Positions 51,916 through 64,000 of a DNA stretch of 64,000 nt are shown piece after piece. A model generated the notes under the pieces. It made no database searches. It saw only the letters and a list, made by a program, of their open reading frames with translations, and had not been told where the DNA came from. Made by a program: the position numbers and the translations under genes. Numbering within the stretch: the stretch's first letter is position 1; every line of letters begins with the position of its first letter. The DNA lies in contig NC_045696.1 in the NCBI RefSeq assembly GCF_009834535.1, forward strand, positions 109,308,001 through 109,372,000, written 5' to 3'. The DNA comes from Camelus ferus. Lineage: Eukaryota.

Positions 51916-52609
51916 ACCTTTCCCTTCTTCACTTGCTGTTCCTTGGTTTCTTTTTTGAGTTTTAGGTTATTGATTGGGGAGAATGCTGAAAGAAGAGGAC
52001 AGAAATTAATAATAAAATACTTAATTGAACTCTTCAAGTTATTAAATAGAGAATTACTTTTTCTCCCCTTCCATAATTCAATTTGGAATGTTTTGGATGC
52101 ATATGAGTCAGTATGAATTCATCTGTTGGTTGGGATGTTTGTAGGTCAGTGACAGCTGAGGGAGGGGCTTGAACTGTCCTCAGTGGCAAATAGTAATTAA
52201 CGGAAACAGAGTTTTTGATGTGTATTTGAATGTATGAGGAGAGTCCATTTTTCTCCTTTGTCATTGCTCTGAGGCTAAGCCTAAAAACTGAGAAGTGCCT
52301 CTATAGATACCCATTACTGAGCTCCAGTGCCCCTGGCTGTATCATTAGTTTGTTTAGGATATTTCAGAAAGAATTGTCATATACTTAATTTAAATATAGT
52401 ATTTCTAAAGACAAGTCAAGATATTTTATAGTCACAAAGAACTTCTTACATTAAAAAACAAAGATTTGAGTTCCTTTTACTCTAAGGCTGGAGTAATGTT
52501 ATTAATCACATATGCCCTTTTTATGTTTAATTTATGTTGTGCCAGAAAGTTACTTATTATTTTATGAAAGTTATCATATGATCTCAATAATTATTATTTT
52601 CCCTTTTAG

Positions 52610-52696
52610 GTACTTTTGGGCGTATCTTCCATGGGATTTTAGTAGATGAAAAGGATCCAAACAAAGAAAAACAAACATTTGTAAAAACAGTTAAAG
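52610..52696 (+). CDS. RYK: RYK exon 9 (87 nt), pseudokinase Gly-loop/beta3: (G)TFGRIFHGILVDEKDPNKEKQTFVKTVK
   Basis: cccttttag acceptor, AAG|gtagga donor. Confidence 0.97.
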
Positions 52697-55600
52697 GTAG
52701 GATTTTATTTCCCGTGCTACTCCCATAATACTTTTCTGTCTGAGGTGGCTATGCCAGTGAAATTCTGTCTCGAATTCCCAGTGTGTGCAAGACCTTTAAA
52801 TCAGTCCATGTTGAGTTAGCTCATATAGTCTAACTTTTTAGGAGATTTGTGTGGTTCTCACTAAGGTATAGAAAATAAAAGCTAATGAATTAAGACATTA
52901 AACATTTGCTAGATACACCCAGTACTCAGGCTTCTAGTTAAACTGCATTCACGTGATTTCATTTTTGCTTTGTCTAATATGTTCTCCCCAAGATTAAAAT
53001 TCTTTGGTTTTTCCTTCTTAAAAAATGTTGTTAGTAGTTTTTCCTTTGTTTCAGCTCACCCCCACCCCCAGTACTGAGGACTATAAAGGAAAAAATGCCC
53101 CCCAGACCCACCACACCATATATGAATAGCTGCTGTTTACCTTCCTCTCACTCCCTCTTCCCTCCTTTTTTTGTTGTTATATGTAATCTGCAGAAATTAC
53201 CTGTGTGTGTGTGTATTTCTTGGTATAGTTTTGCAAGTATAGTCGTAGTTGGAATTGCTGCCCCAGGAGGTGTTTACACTTAAAATTTTGGTAGATGTTA
53301 CTAGATTGTTTTCTAATGTTTATATTTTCATGAACAAAATACTTTTTACATACTATCCTTTTGGAGAAATGTGATGCTTAATTTTTCACTTATGGATTTA
53401 CATAAATTTTTCAGTTAGAGATTCTCAATATACTAGAATATTTTTTATATGTGGCTTATTGCCTAATACTGGTAAATTAGCAAGACCTTTTAAAATATTA
53501 GATGTTAGAATTTTAATGATTTATAATTGATATTTGTAAAATCTTAATTCTTTGCTAAGTCTCTTTGTTCACTTTAAGAGGAAAGAAAGGTTGGTAATTT
53601 AAATAGTGCTTAATGTCTGACAGTGTCTGATATAAGTTGAGATAACCGGATATTAATTTTGGAAAAACAAATTTAGCATTTAAGGTGTAGAAATTGAGGG
53701 CAAAATTAGATTTAGTATTATGAGTAGCAAGGTGACCATTTATGAAGTTTACAAAGTTACTTTATAAGAACTTACGTTTCTAAATTTACTTCAAGGAATT
53801 CTTGGAAAGTATGAAGAATTTAAGTTTAGTGCTTCTAAAAAGTTGGGTTATACTAATCTAAAAAAAATCCTTGGAATTTTGTTTCTTTTAATTTAGCAGA
53901 ACTTCTTGCTTAAGAATACTGCAAACACAAACACACATTCATACTTTTTATTTTTCCAAACAAATGGTTTAACTTACAATATTGTTCAGTATTTATTTTA
54001 TTCACTCACTTCTCCTAACCTCAAAACACTTATTTTAAAGATTGATATTTAAGTTTGGTCAAACTAAGTTTTCTGACTAGTTTTGAAGGATATTTTCCAT
54101 ATTATTCTTTGTAAATGTAAAATTTGAACCTTAAGTTTAATAACTGCTGCCTCTTGTTATATTTTCTTTTTTTTTTTTTTTTTAAGGAAACATTTCCCTT
54201 TCATTCTAGTATTTCTTCTGGGGTTGATAAATATTCTATGGATAACTTAGAACTAGGCTATTGTTAATTTGTTCTCTGAATGAATCTTGAATTAACAGAA
54301 GAGGTTTCTGTTCAGAATTGGGTTGATTTAGGATTGGAAGAGGAGGAAAAAAGGAAATAATAGTGATAAGAAAACACAATGTGGATACTGGAACTGTTTC
54401 ACAAGATAAGATTTCTCTTTCCGTATACATTTGAATTGTAAGCCACTTGCTTGTTTCTGTGTCTTACCACCGTAATTATAATGTTCTTTCAGAGCCAGAC
54501 GGAAACAAGAGAAAGCACAGTGAGTCCTTAGCCGGGACATGGTCATGGTTTGCATAGGAAACACAGAGGAAGTGTGCTGACCACATTCTTTGCCTCAAAA
54601 TTGTTAAATAACTCCACATGATTGAGTATATGAGATCTGTTCTTTGGGAATGTTATTTTTATTTTTAAATTGAAGCTATGTAGAGCTGATGAAGTTCGTT
54701 GACAAATGTATAGCTTTGTTACAAGCTATACAGTTAGAAGCATAGCTTAAAATGCAAAAAAAAAAATAGTTTTTAAAAGAATGACCTTTGCCTTTGGACA
54801 TAAGCTGGAAATTGACATTTGGCTTCTTAAAAAATTTGTATTTTTTCACAGAGATTTAATGAATATTCCAATATAAATTTCCAGAGATTGAAGTTAGGAA
54901 TCTGATTTTCACAGAATGAATATTGTGAAATTGAATTCCATAAAATGAATCAATTTGAGATTTTGATATTACATTATTATTTTCTTTAATAGCTTCTAAT
55001 TTTTTACAGCTTAGAAATAAGTGGGTTTTTTAAATCACTTTGCTCTTTCTTATAACTTTTAGAATGTTAATTATTATATAGTATTCTTCTCAAATGTATA
55101 TATATTAACGGTAGACCTTTCAGTATTTAAAATTAAAAGATTAGGACCAGACTGGGTAAGGAATCCAGGAAAATGATTTTTCTTACTTAATATATAAAAT
55201 TATTTTTTCTCCAAAGTTTTCTTAGCCTGTCTTCCAGCTCAAGTGCCCCTTGTTTAATAGAACATGTTTATCAAAGTTAAGAACTTGAAAAATTATTCCA
55301 AAAATGACACATCCTGAAGTTACCTTTTATTCTACTTGGATCTCTGTACAAGTTTACAGGAAAGTAAACCCTTACCAGCTGGGTACAGACCTCCAACTAT
55401 TACTAGTTTTTATTTCTAAAAACATCCTTCCAGCCCCTAAGGAGTCATAGCCATAATTTTATTAAAAATCAGATTACAGAAAGAGTAAAAAGGTACATTC
55501 TACCATTTACTAAATGATCCTAAATTTTAAACAGTTTTTAAATAACTAGAGTTTATTCCAGCATACACTGGGATGAAATTCTTTTTCTAAAGCAGTAGCA

Positions 55601-57584
55601 AGTGTTTCAAGTTCTTTGCTTTTGTCTACTCACTTTGCATTCCTACAGAAGTTTTAACCAAGTGGAGCTGTCTGGAAAGTGGACAGTAGGAGCAAGTAGT
55701 AGGAGAGGGAGTGATTCCATGGGTTAGTTAGACTTGGAAGTAAGTGAAATTTATGATTTCTTAGCTTTGACAGCTCCACTTTTAAGGAGAGAATGTGTGA
55801 TCATGGTGCCTGAGTTTAGTGGTCTGGATTTTACTGTTGGTTCAGCATTTTACTAGATAGAGCTGGGATGTGGGTCTTGGCTTTGCCAGTCTTATCTTTT
55901 TCTCTCTTCTACTGCATTGATCAGAAGATTTATAAATTATTACTATCTTTTTACTGTTGACATACAAATTTATTATTAGTTTCTTTGAAAATATTAACAA
56001 TATACTCTTAATTTTGTTTTTGAAATCTAAAAACCATTTTTAAAAAATTAAAACTCATTTTCAGTTTTATAATGAAAATATATTATTCACTTAATGGAAA
56101 TGTTCTTTTCAAACAGTGAAGAAAATCCTCTGTACCATTAAGCTAGTGATCCCTGTAAGATAAGAAATCCTTGTAGATTTGTGCAGATATTTGATGGCTT
56201 CAAATTCTTTGGAAGGTGCAGACTAAAGACATTGGTAAATTGCATTTATCATGTTTTATTTCAAAACATTGAACTAAAAGCCAATTTTAGTTCTGTTTTG
56301 TTACTTTGGACCAAAAGGCATGAGTTAAGAAGCTGAAAATAAAATGGAATAATCATACTAATTTTGGGTATTATCTGAAAATTAAATCTTCTTCTGCTAA
56401 TGTAATATTAATTCTTTTTGTTTGTTTGTTTTTAACCACAGAGAGGTAAGAAGAAGAAGACAATAAAATGCACCACAATCTCCAGTCAGAACTCCTGTGG
56501 TCATTTTTTATAGTTGTATATTAAGTTAGAAAGTGTAAACAGGACAGAAAGGTACAAAATGTAAATTCTCCCACCTCTAAAAGTAACCACCATAAACAAT
56601 TTCTTATGACTCTCCATGAGTAAGAAAAAAAAAAGCACCAAATATATCTAATTTTCCAAATAAATCTGTTTTTGAAATACGACTGATCACACACACACAG
56701 TTTTGCACCTTACTTTTTAAATTTAATGTATCTCGCAGATCTTCCTCTGTCAGTACATACAGACAAAACTTCTTAAAAACATAGCTGCATAGTATTCTTG
56801 TGTGCTAATTTAACTAGTTCTATGTTGCTGGGCACTTTGGTTGTTAGGGTTTCTTGCTGTTACAGTTGAACAGTTGTACAGCTGTACAATTGGTGAGCTT
56901 CTGTGAGTAGACTCTTAGCAGTGGGACTGATGATGGTGAAGGGTATGTGCACTTAAAAATTTTGTTAGATGCTGCTTCCCCCACCTACCCAACATGCTGT
57001 TGATGAGCCTGTTCCCTCACACTCTTGCTTAAACTGGCAGGTAGCGGGCTTTTTTGTCTGTTCCAGTCTTACGAGGAGAATGGCTTCTCCCGATGTAACT
57101 TGCATTTCTTTACTTAGGAGTGAGACCGAAAGTCATTTTGAAATTTTGTTGGTCATTTGTGTGGTTTGTTTTTTTCAAGTTAACTATTATGTTTATATTC
57201 TTTGCCTCTTTTTCACATTCTTTCCTTATTGATTGTATGGGTTCTTTAAAGAAGAGGGGAAAATGAAATTAGCCTTTTACATACATTATGTTGTAGCTGT
57301 TTCCCCAGTCTGTTATTACTTTCACTACTTTGTTTCTGGAACCTTTTAATTTCTAATTTTTACATAGTCAAATCTATCTTTAATGGCTTCTGTTGAAGTT
57401 GACCTTGTCAGTGAGACTCTACCTCCTCCAATAGAATTTCAGCCTAGACCTATTTAGATATGCCTGTAACTTTTATGAAAATTTACTGTATAGTCTGATG
57501 TAATTACTTACTAGTACCAGAAAATATTGATGTTATATATAATATTATCATACTATATATGACGATGTCTTTTTCTTTACACAG

Positions 57585-57654
57585 ATCAAGCTTCTGAAAT
57601 TCAGGTGACAATGATGCTCACTGAAAGTTGTAAGCTACGAGGTCTTCATCACAG
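57585..57654 (+). CDS. RYK: RYK exon 10 (70 nt), alphaC region: (D)QASEIQVTMMLTESCKLRGLHH
   Basis: tttacacag acceptor, CAG|gtaaga donor. Confidence 0.97.
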
Positions 57655-59165
57655 GTAAGAGGAGAAACCACCCAGCATTTAAATGTTAAGCATAGTAAAC
57701 ACTGTATGCTACATTTTTAAGAATGTTCTGATGTGTTCTGAATTGCAAATGTTTTTAGAATAGCTTAATTTTTTTCCTGAATATAAAAGTGAAATACATA
57801 CTCATTGCACAAAAAATAAAAAACATAGTAAAGTGTAAAGAAGGGTATAAGCCCACATCTGGATGATTATAGCTGAGCTTTCAAGAAAGAGTTTATACAT
57901 ATTTATGTGCATATTTCCCTTCAAAAATAGTATAATGATATACATATGCTAAAAATGTTTGTTAAGAAATTTTGAGCATATAGAGTACCAAAGACAAGAA
58001 TAATAAACACCAATAAGCCCATCTCCTAAATTCATTAATAATTAACATTTTGGCTGTTTTTGCTGTGCATGTGTATATATGTATCTGTCATCTATTTGGG
58101 TAGATATAAGTAGATAGATAGATAGATATTTTATTTGTGAGTAAATTGGACATTTCAGCATTTTCGATGCATTTCTAGCATGCATTTTCCAAGAAATTGA
58201 GGATATTTTCCTATATAATCACAATGCCATTATCCTTAACAAGCTTAACATGCTTCTTGATACAGCTAAACAATGTATCTATCTCTTCATGTAAGTAAAT
58301 TCATGTCCACATTTAAAAAGACTACATAGCAGTACATTGAACAGATGGACCATGTTTTAGTTAGCCAATCTCTCCTCATTAGTTCGTAGTATGAGTTTTA
58401 AAAAAATACTTATAGTTCTATATGAAGAACTTTTTTAAAAAAGGTTAATAACAACCTCTTCACAGAACTATAACAAAAAAAATTCTATCTTCTAAGCCAA
58501 AAAGGGCTTAAATATAGTATCACAATGTGCAGCAGGGTCAGTGTTGGGGCAAGATTTGTTTGAGTTTTTTTAAACTATTGTATAGAGTCAACTTAATTTG
58601 TATGCCTACTGAAACTTTGGTCACATATGTTTTAAATATGGAATGGTGTCCATTCTCATTGGAGGATATTAATGGACTTCTGGAAAAAAAAAGAAAGTGA
58701 TGTGTGCAAAAGGCATCATGCATTGTAGTTTCCGTGTACTTTGAGCAGTTACTTGAGTTCTACCAAAAGATAAGATGACTACACTGTTTTATCTTTGAAT
58801 TTTATTTATGCTTTGGTTCATGTTCAAAAGAATCTGTGAACCTAAAAAGAAGGCAGCTATAGTAAGATCAATAAAATGGTAATGAAAATGAAAACAATTT
58901 TCTGGCATTGTGATGGTAGAAAAGGAAACAAGCCAGCAGTAAGGAGTTATTCTTACTGTGGTTGAGCATAAAACAACTCTTAATTTCTGGGCAAGCAAAG
59001 CTGAAGGAAACATTAAAATTTGATAAATCTCATTATTAGAAGGGAAAGAAACTTACATGTTTCTTGGGGGAGAAAAAAGTTTTTCTGGTTTCAAATTCTG
59101 AAGCTGATGTCTGCGTAGGTTTACCATATACTTGGGACATTGATTAAAGTAATGAACAGATATAC

Positions 59166-60170
59166 TTTTTTTATTGAAGTATAGTCAGTTTATAGTATTG
59201 TGTCAATTTCTAGTATACAGCATAGTGTTTCAGTCATACATATACATACATATATTCATTTTCATATTCTTTTTCACTATAGGTTACTATAAGATATTGG
59301 ATATAGTTCCCTGAGTTGTACAGTATAAACTTGTTTATCTATTTTATATATAGTAATTAGTATCTGCAAATCTCAAACTCCTAATTTATGTTTTCCCACC
59401 CTCTTCCCTCCCTCCACACCCCAGTAACCATAAGTTTGTTTTCTATGTCTGTGAGTCTGTTTCTGTTTTATAAATAAGTTCATTTGTCTTTTTTTTAGAT
59501 TCCACATATAAGTGATATCATATGGTATTTTCTCTTTCTGGCTTACTTTACTTAGAATGACCATCTCCATATCCATCCATGTTGCTGCAAATGGCATTAT
59601 TTCATTATTTTTTATGGCTGAGTAGTATTCCATTGTGTATATATACCACAACTTCTTTATCCAGTCATCTGTCAGTGGACATTTAGGTTGTTTCCATGTC
59701 TTGGCTATTGTAAACAGTGCTGATATGAACATTGGGGTGCATGTATCATTTCAAATTGAAGTTCCCTCTGGATACATGCCCAGAAAGGGGATTGCTGGAT
59801 CATATGGTAAGTCTATTTTTAGTTTTTTGAGAACTCTCCATACTGCTTTCCATAATAGCTGCACCAAATTACATTCCTACTAGCAGTGTAGGAGGGTTCC
59901 CTTTCCTCCACACCCTCTCCAGCATTTATCATTTGTGGACTTTTGAATGATGGTCATTCCAATGGTCATTCTGTGAGGTGATACTTCATTGTAGTTTTGA
60001 TTTGCATTTCTCTTGTAATTAGTGATATTGAACATTTTTTCATGTCCCTATTGGCCATTTGTATGTCTTCATTGGAGAATTGCTTATTTAGGTCTTCTGC
60101 CCATTGTTGGATTGAGTTTTTATTATGATGATGATGATGTTGTTGTTGTTGTTGTTGTTGTTGTTGTATG
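59166..60170 (-). mobile_element. 5'-truncated young L1 (ORF2 C-terminus and 3' UTR)
   Basis: ORF 59373..59732 ([19 protein letters not shown]...); imperfect TSD cagatatactttt (59157-59169) and cagataatctttt (60171-60183). Confidence 0.92.
60124..60166. repeat. (TGA)n(TGT)n trinucleotide microsatellite at the L1 5' end
   Basis: Directly visible. Confidence 0.9.
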
Positions 60171-60303
60171 CAGATAATCTTTTTAGTTGCACTGAAAATA
60201 AAAAAGCCAGAGGCCTTTAAAAAAGTTGAACACACAGTATTGAGGGGTTGAAGATGTCCTTTTGAAGGGTTAAAATTGTGTGGTTTAATATTGTTATTTT
60301 CCA

Positions 60304-61760
60304 CTCAATATTGTTAAAATGGCCATACTACCCAAGGCAATGCATAGATTCAGTACAATACCTATTAAATTGTCAATGACATTTTTCACATAACTGGAAC
60401 AGAAAATTTTTAAATTTGTGTGGAAACACAAAAGACCCCAAATAGCCAAACCAATCTTGAGAAAGAAGAAAGGAGCTGTAGGAATCACATTCGTTTACTT
60501 CAGACTATACTACAGAGCTACAGTAATCAAAACAATATGTTCTGGCACAAAAACAGACACATAGATCAGTGGAACAGGATAGAAAGTCCAGAAATAAACT
60601 CACCCACTTGTGGTCAATTAATCTATAACAAAGGAAGCAAGAGTATAAATGGAGAAAAGACAGTCTCTTCAATAAGTGGTGTTGGGAAACTGGACAGCTA
60701 CCTGTAAAAGAATGAAATGAGAACATTCTCTAACACCACATACAAAAATAAACTCAAAATGGATTAAAGACCTAAATGTAAGACCTGATACTATGAAACT
60801 CCTGGAGGAAAACATAGGCAGAACAGTCTTTGACGTAAATTTCAGCAATAGTTTTTTCAAAGCAGCTCCTAGAGTAATGGAAATAAAAGCAAAAATAAAT
60901 AAATGGGACCTAGTTAAACTTAAAAGCTTTTTGCACAGCAAGGGATGCCATCGACAAAACAAAAAGACAACCTACAGAATGGCAGAAAATATTTGCAAAT
61001 GAGACCAATGAGGGACTAATTTCCAAAATATGCAAACAGCTGATATAGCTTAATATGAAAAAAAAAAAAAGAATGCAGTCAAAAAATGGGCAGAAGACCT
61101 AGTCATCTCTTCAAAGAAGACATCCAGATGGCCAACAGGCACATGAAAAGATGCTCGACATTGCTGATTAATTAGAGAAATGCAAATCAAAACTGCGAGG
61201 AGGTATCATCTCACACCAGTCAGAATGATCATCATTAAAAAGTCCATAAATGATAAGTGCTGGTGAGGGTTTGGAGAAAAGGGAACCCTCTTACACTGTT
61301 GGTGGAAATGTAAAATGGTGCAGCAACTATGGAGGACAGTATTGAGGTTCCTTAAAAAACTAAAAATAGATTTACCATATAATCCAGCAATCCCCCTCCT
61401 GGGCATATATCCAGAGAAAACTAATTCAAAAAGACACAATGTCCCAATGTTCACAGTAGCACTAATTACAATATCCAAGACATGGAAACAACCTAAATGT
61501 CCATTGACAGATGAATGGATAAAGAAGTTGTGGTATATATACACAATGGAATATCACTCAGCCATAAAAAAGAATGAAATACCATTTGCAACAACATGGG
61601 TAGACCTGGAGATCGTCATTCTAAGTGAAGTAAGTCAGAAAGGGAAAGAAAAATACCATATGATATCACTTGTATGTGGAATCTAAGAAAAAAAAGATAC
61701 AAATTATATTTACAAGCCAAAAACAGACTCACAGACAACTATGGTTATCAAAGGGGGAAA
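60304..61760 (+). mobile_element. L1 ORF2 3' part and partial 3' UTR, lacking its terminal segment and poly-A
   Basis: ORFs 60420..60707, 60793..61002 and 61315..61686 are L1 ORF2-like ([26 protein letters not shown]). Confidence 0.92.
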
Positions 61761-62332
61761 GAAGAAAAGAAGAAAAAAAAAATTCTCCTTGGGATGAGAA
61801 TTCTTGGGATTTACTGTCTAAACAATGTTCCTACATACCATGCAGCAGTGCCTGATGGCAGGCACTTTGCTGAATGCCTTGCGGCTCCACTCTGCAGAGG
61901 CGCTCGGCCAGACCGAGGACTGGACGCATTCTTGCCTCAGCTCCCCACAGAGCCTGCCTTTTCCTCTGCCTTGTTCTCTGCAGCACCTGCCTCTGCCCTT
62001 GCTCGTCCACTCTTACAGATCTCAGGCCTTCCTCTTTACCTTCCTTTCCTTAGCAAAATGGGCAGAATGAAGAGCAGCCATGCACACTTTGAAATGTTTT
62101 CATGCAGCTTGTCACCTCTCCCGAGGGCTTTTAATCCTCTGATGAAAGAATAAAGGATTTGATCTTTTCCAGCAAAATGACTGGGCTTGGAGCAAATGTC
62201 TTTAAAAAGCTCTGCTCAGTAAATTTCAGTCATGAGGAAAGGAACAGAGAAATAATTTTGATGGGTGGCTCTTCTTATTACCCCAAAACCATGGCATGCT
62301 CAGCTAAACCTGAGTGCAAACCTGCTGTAGTC

Positions 62333-62675
62333 TTTTTTTTTTTTTCAGTTTTATTGAGAGAATTGACGTACATCACTGTATACGTTTAAAGCGTACACCA
62401 TGATGATTTGATTTACACATATTGTGAAATAATTACCACAGGAGGTTCAGTTAACATCCATCTTCTGATATAGATACAATACAAAGGAAAGAAAGAAGAA
62501 AAGAAAAAAAAAATTCTCCTTGTGATGAGAGCTCTTGGGATTTACTCTCTTAGCAGTGTTCCTGCATCTCGGACAGCAGTGTTAGGTATAGTCATCCCTA
62601 GGAGTTATTTATCTTATGTAACTGGAAGTTTGTACCTTTTTGACCAACTTCCTCCAGTTCCGCCTCCCGCCCCCT
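62333..62675 (-). mobile_element. Short L1 3' end (same family as 36669-37345)
   Basis: T-tract start, ttattgagagaattgac; TSD cctgctgt(a/c)gtc at 62321-62332 and 62676-62687. Confidence 0.85.
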
Positions 62676-64000
62676 CCTGCTGTCGTCACCGTAGTATGCA
62701 TGGGTCCTGGTGTGAGAAGAGGCTCTGTCCTCTCCCCTGTACTCCGCCTTGCTCCGCTGGGAGGGACTGTGCAGTGATCCAGGGGAAAACACAGGGATTG
62801 GAATCAGATGAAGATTTGAATTTTTTTCTCCGTGTGCTTGCTGTTTGTCCTTGGCAGATTACCTTACCCCTCTCTCCCTGCATGGGTTTCATCACCTGTA
62901 AAGAGAGACTAAGCATCACTGCCGCTCTCAGGCTGTAATGTAAGCAGAGGCCCTACAGAGAGGCCTCATGCAGGTTCACTGGTCTCTGAGTCTTCATTTT
63001 CCTGGGTCCTCAGGGTCAGTGCTTTCTTTCCCTGTTAGTAATTCCTGCACAGCATGAGGGGGGGCCCACGGCGTTCACTTGTGCATTGTTAGGCCAGAAT
63101 TGTGAGACTGTGGTTTTAAAAGAGATACATAGTTAATTGAGACAATTTAGGAAATACAGAAAAGGAAGGTAGACATGATCTAAAGTCCCACAACTCAAAG
63201 ACAAACAACTCTTGGCATATTTCTGTGCAGAGTTTTGTTCCTTTTTCTCCGTATTTGTAAATGTCCTGCAAACATAACTGAATTTTGTGTCTTGCTTTCC
63301 TGTAAAAATAAGCTTTCACTCGTATTCTCTTAACACCTCTTTGTGACTGTTCAGTTGTTTTATGCTATCCTATTATTTCAGTATACTTCCTTATATTTGG
63401 ACATTCAACTTGTTTGCAACTTTTTACTAGTAATACTGCATTAACTATCCTTGTCCATGTAACTTTCTTATGTTTAATAATATTTCCTTATTAATATGCT
63501 TAGAGGCAGAATTTACTAAGTTAAGAAGTAGGAATGTTGTTAAGGCTGTTATTTGGTGTTATTTATCAAATATTTATTAAATGCTTATTTCTGTGGCACA
63601 GAATACAAAGCACTGGGTGTAAAAAAGAAAAAAAAAGAGTTCACTTTAGTTTTTTCCATCTAGGAATTTTCAGCCTAGTCGGGGAAATGAGGTAATTATG
63701 TAAAAAGTTACGTAATCTTGGGGAAAAGGAATAGTTATTTCCAGGTACCAGTGGAAGAGGTGTCATTAGACAATAGGATGAAAGTATTTATGTGTGCCAT
63801 GGAAATTTTAAAACAAGATCTTTTCCTACGTGCGTGGCTTTATTTGTATATCATAGCAACATTGTGTGGTTGGTGGCATCCTCGTGTTAGAGCTATGGAA
63901 ACTAAGGCCAAGAGAGGTGTTCACACAGACAATGAGTGGTAAATTTAGGATTTAGAAATCAGATTCTAAATCTCATGTGATGTGCTGAAGACTTCTTGGC

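Larger units (their letters stand above)
22184..57654 (+). other. RYK: RYK gene, partial (coding exons 2-10); the window starts in intron 1 and ends in intron 10
   Basis: Nine GT-AG exons splice in frame to GLDAELYYVRND...KRRKMCYK...VFYISVGVCCAVIFLVAIILAVL...LQEGTFGRIFHG...ESCKLRGLHH, matching the recalled human/mouse RYK protein. Confidence 0.98.

Noticed and set aside
56874..56889. 16-bp palindrome ttgtacagctgtacaa
   Set aside because: About one such palindrome is expected by chance in 64 kb, and it lies in old repeat-like sequence
59966..60304. ORF with polyQ/polyH
   Set aside because: Translation of the (TGT)n(TGA)n microsatellite joined to L1 ORF2
59166..61760. Single twin-primed (5'-inverted) L1
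   Set aside because: The two parts overlap in L1 coordinates, are separated by ~130 bp of non-L1 DNA, and the - copy has its own TSD
1..64000. CRISPR arrays, operons or prokaryotic defence systems
   Set aside because: No regularly spaced repeat-spacer array or dense coding; the sequence is mammalian intron/exon DNA

Overview
Mammalian genomic DNA, probably camelid (three Vic-1-like tRNA-Ala SINEs). The window lies inside the RYK gene (Wnt-binding receptor tyrosine pseudokinase) on the + strand. Nine coding exons (2-10 by recalled human numbering) can be read with intact phases. They encode the WIF domain, KRRK site, TM helix, Ser/Thr-rich juxtamembrane region and the start of the pseudokinase N-lobe. 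Exon 1 and exons 11+ were not found in the window. The rest is intron, rich in L1, L2, MIR, hAT MITEs and an MER41-like solo LTR. Most notable: a tandem TG/AG acceptor at exon 8, a nucleolin (NCL) retrocopy nested in an L1, an MER41-like LTR with decayed GAS positions, an inverted L1 pair with a deletion junction, a strong CTCF motif and a possible intronic polyA site after the TM exon. I found no support for a new multi-gene system. Gene and repeat names come from recalled sequences, not database searches.
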